From: an uncultured Fibrobacteria bacterium
GTDB taxonomy: Bacteria; Fibrobacterota; Fibrobacteria; UBA11236
Assembly: GCA_963716395.1 (NCBI GenBank)
Contig: OY970309.1
Span: 2,944,001 to 3,008,000, forward strand
Length of the DNA stretch: 64,000 nt
Reading direction: 5' to 3'
This document shows positions 59,367 through 64,000 of this stretch, piece after piece. The notes beneath the pieces are model-generated. The model was not told the DNA's origin, made no database searches, and worked only from the letters and a program-made list of their open reading frames with translations. The first letter of the stretch is position 1. Every line of letters begins with the position of its first letter. Both the position numbers and the translations under genes were made by a program.

Positions 59367-60466
59367 ACGTTGAAAAGAAAATGCATGATGTCGGCGTCTT
59401 GCACCACGTAGTCTTTGCCTTCGGTGCGCACCAGGCCTTTTTCTTTGGCGGCATGCCAACCGCCGCATTTCATCAGGTCGTCATAGGCCAAGGTTTCCGC
59501 GCGGATAAATCCCTTTTCGAAATCCGAATGGATGACGCCCGCCGCCTGCGGCGCTTTCCAGCCTTTGTGAATGGTCCAGGCGCGGGTTTCGGGTTCTCCG
59601 GCCGTGAAAAAGGTTTGCAGCCCCAACAGGGAAAAGCCCTTGCGAATCACCCGATCCAATCCGCTTTCGGAGAGGCCCATGCTCTTGAGAAACTCTTCTT
59701 TTTCATCCGCATCCAACTCGGCGATTTCGCTTTCAATTTTACCGCTGATGACCACCAAATCGCAATTTTGTCCGGCCGCATAGCCTTGCATGGCGCGCAA
59801 GTGTTCATTGCCTTTTTGAATCTCGTCTTCGCGCAGATTGGCGCAGTAAAACATGGGCTTTAAGGTGAGCAAGCCCAGTTCGCGCACGGCTTCGATTTCT
59901 TCCGGGCTGAGCGCCGCCGTGCGCGCGGGCCGGCCTTGATCGAGAACGGCTTGGATGCGTTCGAGAATTTCCACGCGTGCCTTGGCTTCTTTGCTTTCCT
60001 TGGCGGGCTGGCCGGCGAGTTTGCGATCCTTCTGCAATTTTTTTTCCACGGTATCAAGATCGCGCAGGGCCAATTCGAGATTCACCACGTCGGCGTCGCG
60101 CACCGGATCCACCGAACCTTCGACATGGGTGACGTCGACGTCTTCGAAGCAACGCACCACGTGCATGAGCGCGTCGACTTCGCGGATATGCGCCAGAAAT
60201 TGGTTTCCCAGACCTTCGCCTTTTGACGCGCCTTTGACCAAACCGGCGATGTCGACGAATTGCATCACGGCCGGAACTTCGCGTTTGGGTTTATACATGC
60301 GGGTCAATTCCCGTAGGCGTGAATCCGGAATATTCACCATGCCTATGTTGGGATCCTTGGTGCAAAAGGGAAAATTGGCCGCTTCGGCGCCGGCCGAAGT
60401 CAACGCATTGAAAATGGTCGATTTGCCCACATTGGGTAATCCTACGATTCCGCATTTAAATCCCAT
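59363..60466 (-). CDS. ychF: Redox-regulated ATPase YchF
   Basis: GIVGLPNVGKST.FNALT, DIAGLV.GAS.GEGLGN.FL, APQAAG.IHSDF.KGFIRAE; start at 60466. Confidence 0.96.
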   Translation of the reverse strand: MGFKCGIVGLPNVGKSTIFNALTSAGAEAANFPFCTKDPNIGMVNIPDSRLRELTRMYKPKREVPAVMQFVDIAGLVKGASKGEGLGNQFLAHIREVDALMHVVRCFEDVDVTHVEGSVDPVRDADVVNLELALRDLDTVEKKLQKDRKLAGQPAKESKEAKARVEILERIQAVLDQGRPARTAALSPEEIEAVRELGLLTLKPMFYCANLREDEIQKGNEHLRAMQGYAAGQNCDLVVISGKIESEIAELDADEKEEFLKSMGLSESGLDRVIRKGFSLLGLQTFFTAGEPETRAWTIHKGWKAPQAAGVIHSDFEKGFIRAETLAYDDLMKCGGWHAAKEKGLVRTEGKDYVVQDADIMHFLFNV

Positions 60467-60625
60467 GCCACCCTCTTTGCCGTATAGTTTCAAACTTAGA
60501 ACAATGCCGCAGAATTGATTCAAAATCGCAGGCGGGATTTTGGCCCGAAAATAGCAGCGCCGATCCGGGTACTTTATTCAGGTATAATGAAATGTCGGGT
60601 GGCATGACATCAAGCAGGGTTAATC

Positions 60626-61078
60626 ATGGTGAAAGAGAAAATGTGGAAAACCCCGGATATCGTGCCTGAAATCACTTATACCGATTTGGCTCGCGCCATC
60701 GAGTGGCTTCAACGGGTGTTTGGATTTCGGGAGCGTACCGAGGCGCGTCTAAGCTGGCCAGGAGGTGGAAGAGCTTGGTTTGAAGTTGGAGATAGTCTGT
60801 TCAATATCGCAACTCCAGGCCCCGCTCGGCGGCAAAATCCTGAGACACCAGGGCTGATGATGAAAGTCTACGTAGAAGACGTTGACGAACATTTCGCACA
60901 TGCAAAGGCCGACGGGGCGACGATAGTCTCTGAACCCGAAGATGGTTTTTGGGGAGGTCGAATCTATCGAGTGCTCGACCACGAAGGACACCAATGGGAG
61001 ATTTCACAGCGTGGGCGCGATATTGCGGCCGATCGCTGGGAACTGCCCCGGGGAGTTGTGCGCGGGGTGCCGAAGTGA
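60626..61078 (+). CDS. VOC / glyoxalase / bleomycin-resistance family protein
   Basis: P.I.Y.D...AI.WL..VFGF, YV.DVD.HF..A...GA, FWG.R.Y...D.EGH.W; visibly lower GC than flanks; TATAAT at 60583-60588. Confidence 0.88.
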   Translation: MVKEKMWKTPDIVPEITYTDLARAIEWLQRVFGFRERTEARLSWPGGGRAWFEVGDSLFNIATPGPARRQNPETPGLMMKVYVEDVDEHFAHAKADGATIVSEPEDGFWGGRIYRVLDHEGHQWEISQRGRDIAADRWELPRGVVRGVPK

Positions 61079-61085
61079 TAAAGTC

Positions 61086-61143
61086 GCCCAACCAACGCGC
61101 CAGCCGACCGCCCAACTGCTGCGCGGTCGAGCGGCGGTTGGGC
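61086..61143 (+). mobile_element. Candidate solitary attC site (integron gene-cassette recombination site)
   Basis: GCCCAAC (RYYYAAC) 7 nt after the VOC stop codon, GTTGGGC (GTTRRRY) closing a 58-nt element, imperfect internal inverted repeat. Confidence 0.5.
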
Positions 61144-61163
61144 TTATGCGAAGGCTTCACATT

Positions 61164-62888
61164 ATGAACCAAATCAATGATTTGCGGAAACAGTTGCTCC
61201 GCATTCAGAAGTCCAGTTACCGCCGCAAGTTGCGCGAAGCGCGCGCGACTTTGGAAGCCTCTCCCCAGGTGGTGCGCTACGGCAAGGAGTATGGGCGTTG
61301 CCTGCGCACCTATACCGCCGTTTCTTCCTGGTCCGAAGTGATGCGCAAGGTATGCGCCGCCGACGTGGCGTATCACGGGGATTACCACCCCCTGCGGCAT
61401 TCGCAGCGTTCCATTCTGCGCGTGCTGCAAGAAGCAACGGTCAAACGCCGCATCGTCTTGTGCCTGGAAATGTTCCATCAAGCCGATCAGAAGTGGCTGG
61501 ATCAATTCATGGCCGGGAATCTCGAAGAACGGGTTTTTCTCCGCCGCATTCGCTATGCCCGCAAATGGGCCTATAATTGGAATCCCTGGAAGCGTATTCT
61601 CGACTTCTGTCGCGAGCAGCACATTCCCGTTTTGGGCATCAATCTCGAAACCCGCGACCCCGACTCTTCTTTGCCGGCGCGCGACGCTTTCGCGGCCCAA
61701 ATCATCGGACAGGCTTTGATACGGCATGCCGGGTCCTTGGTTTATGTGGTCGACGGCGATTACCACGTGGCCCCCGGCCACTTGCCCGCCGAAGTGGAGA
61801 AGCGCCTCAAGCCCCTGGGGGTGCGTCCGCAAAAAGTGATTCTGTATCAGAACGCCGAAAACCTGTACTGGAAGTTGGCGCAAGCGGGGCATGAAGAAGC
61901 CGAGGCGCTGCAAATCAGTGACGAGGCCTTTTGCCTCATGAACACCGTGCCCACCACCAAATTGCAGGCTTATCTCGATTGGCTGCATTTTGCCGAAGAA
62001 GAGGGCTATGCGCCGGTGCGCGGCAATTGGGCCGAACTTTCAGGCGAAGATTATCTCGATCAAATTCACGCTTTGATCGCGGATTTGAAACGCCTGCTCG
62101 GCATCGAGCTTTCCGAAGAAAAATTATCGCGGCTCACGGTTTACTCCAGCCGCAACTTCGACTTCGCCGAAGTCATCGCCATGCACCCGGTGATCGAGAA
62201 AGATCTGTCCCGCATCGAAGGAAAAATTTCGCGCGGCGAAGGCTTTTTACTCGAAATTGATGATGGCGATCAGCCTTCGTACGTGATTTATCTGCAAGCC
62301 GCCAACGTCAACCAGGCCGCCGAAGAAGCCACGCATTTTCTCAACGCCTCGTTGCGCGGCCCGCTGCGGAAGGCTTTGTCTCCCCTGGATCGCTTCTACC
62401 GCGAAGCCTTGACCGAGGCCCTGGGTTTTTTCGGATCGAAAATGATCAACGAGCGCCGCAAGGTGGTGTCGGAATGGGCCATTCGCATTTATCTGGGGCG
62501 GGCGCGCAAGCAGGGCGCGGGCGATCGCGAAGGCGCGGACAATGTGGCCATCGGACGTTTTCTCTTGCAGCATCATCATTTGGAGGGACGCGAAGCCGCT
62601 CTCGAAACCTTCCGGAGCAAATTCGCGGCTCTGTACGCGGGACGAGGCGCCCGGCCGCATGCGGCGGCCACCCAACTCGGTTATATGCTCGGCAATAAAC
62701 TGTTCTACGCGGTGAAAAAAGGATATTTGCCTTTGACCTTGATCCGCGAGTTGTTCTTTCGATCGTTGGAGAAGAACGGCGAAGCCTTTTCCGTGTATCA
62801 GGAACTTTCGCGCCGCCTGCAGAAATTGCATGCCGATCACGGCCGCGCCTCTTTGGAGGCGGAGCGCTCGTTTTCGGCCACGGCTTGA
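61164..62888 (+). CDS. ChaN/Tiki-like domain protein with C-terminal helical extension
   Basis: ADV.Y.GDYH...SQ, L.LEMF....Q..LD.F..G, W.YNW..W..I, RD..AA, GD.H; start 61164 (or 61146). Confidence 0.7.
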   Translation: MNQINDLRKQLLRIQKSSYRRKLREARATLEASPQVVRYGKEYGRCLRTYTAVSSWSEVMRKVCAADVAYHGDYHPLRHSQRSILRVLQEATVKRRIVLCLEMFHQADQKWLDQFMAGNLEERVFLRRIRYARKWAYNWNPWKRILDFCREQHIPVLGINLETRDPDSSLPARDAFAAQIIGQALIRHAGSLVYVVDGDYHVAPGHLPAEVEKRLKPLGVRPQKVILYQNAENLYWKLAQAGHEEAEALQISDEAFCLMNTVPTTKLQAYLDWLHFAEEEGYAPVRGNWAELSGEDYLDQIHALIADLKRLLGIELSEEKLSRLTVYSSRNFDFAEVIAMHPVIEKDLSRIEGKISRGEGFLLEIDDGDQPSYVIYLQAANVNQAAEEATHFLNASLRGPLRKALSPLDRFYREALTEALGFFGSKMINERRKVVSEWAIRIYLGRARKQGAGDREGADNVAIGRFLLQHHHLEGREAALETFRSKFAALYAGRGARPHAAATQLGYMLGNKLFYAVKKGYLPLTLIRELFFRSLEKNGEAFSVYQELSRRLQKLHADHGRASLEAERSFSATA

Positions 62889-62928
62889 CCACACGCTCCC
62901 GAAGATATTTCGAAGCGCTGTTTTCCGT

Positions 62929-64000
62929 TTAGCGTGCAATCGAGAAAGGCGCGGTGAACCGCTGCCCGGCCCCACTTACTTGAAGGAAATATCGGCCGTT
63001 TCCCAGCAGGCTGATCGGTACCGAGACGCCACTACCGAAGGTGGTGGACTTCAAATCCACCACCTTGTTGCCGACTACGGTGTAAATCGCGGTTTCCATT
63101 ACCGGGCCGAGCAGGGCTTTCGGCAAGGTGGCGTAAAGCTGCGAAGGACTGAGGCGTAGGGTAATTTCGCGGTTCCTGTTTGATCGGGGGAGCACGGCGT
63201 TGTCGTTGAGCGGTGAGGTCAGTATAGTGCCGTGACCGCCAACTGCCACTAAAAGCGTGCCGGTCCAGGCGACGGAGTTCAGATCGTTGGTCGTACCCGA
63301 TTTTTGCGCGGTCCAAGCAATGCCATCCGGCGAGGTCAGGATGGTGCCGAACGAACCCACCGCCACCAACTGCGCGCCGGCCCAGGTGATGGAGTATAGG
63401 TTGCCCGGTTTTCCTGTGGGATGTGGGGTCCAGGTTCCTCCATCCGGCGAGGTCAGGACCGTGTCGGCATTACCACCCACCGCCACCAATTGAGTGCCGG
63501 TCCAAACGACCGAGTATAAATCTATGGCCGTATTGGCCGTATCCGAGCTGCGGGATGTCCACATAATGCCATCCGGCGAAGTCAGAATGGTGCGGGAACG
63601 GCCGACCGCCACCAACTGCGTGCCGGTCCAGATGACGGAGTTTAAATGGAGGGACGTATCGGAGGTGCGCGAAGTCCAGGTGATGCCATCTTGTGAGGTT
63701 AGGATGGTCCCGCCGATGCCGCCTTCCAAACCGCCGCCTACCGCCACGAGTTGGCTGCCGGTTGATGCGACGGAGCTCAACACGTCCGTCGTCCCTGAGA
63801 TTTGAAGGGTCCAAGCGACGCCGTCCGGCGAAGTCAGAATGGTGCCGTCATAGCCCACGGCGACCAACTGCTTGCCGGTCCAGGCGACGGAGACCAACGC
63901 GACGGTCGATCCGGTGCTGTCCGGAGTCCAGGCCCCGCCTTCCGGTGAAGTCAAAACATCAACATGGCTGCCGTTGGTATCAATCGTTCCCACCGTCACC
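62929..64000 (-). CDS. Secreted repeat beta-propeller protein with T9SS-like CTD (5'-truncated by window edge)
   Basis: At least six ~40-aa repeats SV.WTG.QLVAVG..GTILTSPDG..WT; C-terminal IYTVVG.KV...GNGRYFLQV...F.I.R. Confidence 0.8.
   Translation of the reverse strand, partial: VTVGTIDTNGSHVDVLTSPEGGAWTPDSTGSTVALVSVAWTGKQLVAVGYDGTILTSPDGVAWTLQISGTTDVLSSVASTGSQLVAVGGGLEGGIGGTILTSQDGITWTSRTSDTSLHLNSVIWTGTQLVAVGRSRTILTSPDGIMWTSRSSDTANTAIDLYSVVWTGTQLVAVGGNADTVLTSPDGGTWTPHPTGKPGNLYSITWAGAQLVAVGSFGTILTSPDGIAWTAQKSGTTNDLNSVAWTGTLLVAVGGHGTILTSPLNDNAVLPRSNRNREITLRLSPSQLYATLPKALLGPVMETAIYTVVGNKVVDLKSTTFGSGVSVPISLLGNGRYFLQVSGAGQRFTAPFSIAR

Noticed and set aside
333-63814. Numerous long overlapping or antisense ORFs in the track (e.g. 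30805-33036 +, 47167-49821 -, 45714-47336 -, 4980-6458 -)
   Set aside because: They are shadow ORFs expected in high-GC DNA opposite or overlapping clearly recognisable genes, and show no family motifs
62929-64000. Regularly spaced DNA repeats as a possible CRISPR array
   Set aside because: They are degenerate in-frame coding repeats of a propeller protein; no cas genes and no identical repeats with unique spacers

Overview
This is a GC-rich chromosomal window from a Gram-negative bacterium. FCB group, probably an environmental Fibrobacterota, is my inference from four proteins with T9SS-like C-terminal domains, a tandem-wHTH GntR/LacI-type regulator, and strong Shine-Dalgarno use. Most of it is housekeeping: glnD, argS, rsfS, panD, tRNA-Leu(CAA), miaB, nadA, leuCD, a Xaa-Pro aminopeptidase, hldD, nth, ychF. 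It also holds a pilB-pilT-pilC-pilS-STAS-flgM cluster. The accessory content is: (i) a lower-GC secreted module (T9SS-like CTD protein, circularly permuted tail-collar fibre protein, S8/CUB protease); (ii) a ~13 kb sugar catabolic locus with rhaB, an rhaD-SDR fusion and lutABC, but with an unusual upstream module (cupin, TIM-barrel isomerase, Gfo/Idh/MocA, mutarotase-like) instead of rhaA/rhaM. Features missing from the ORF track are: a 24-aa Lys/Ala microprotein gene with a perfect SD and its own terminator (7987-8061); an AT-rich DnaA-box/IHF-like cluster between convergent genes (~40.2-40.47 kb), next to a histone-like-tail pseudo-receiver gene; a solitary attC-like site after a VOC gene (61086-61143); a nested REP-like repeat cluster (24681-24864); and a sigma-28 promoter before flgM. 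I found no CRISPR array, rRNA, transposase or integrase. All assignments come from motif recognition by eye; no database searches were run.
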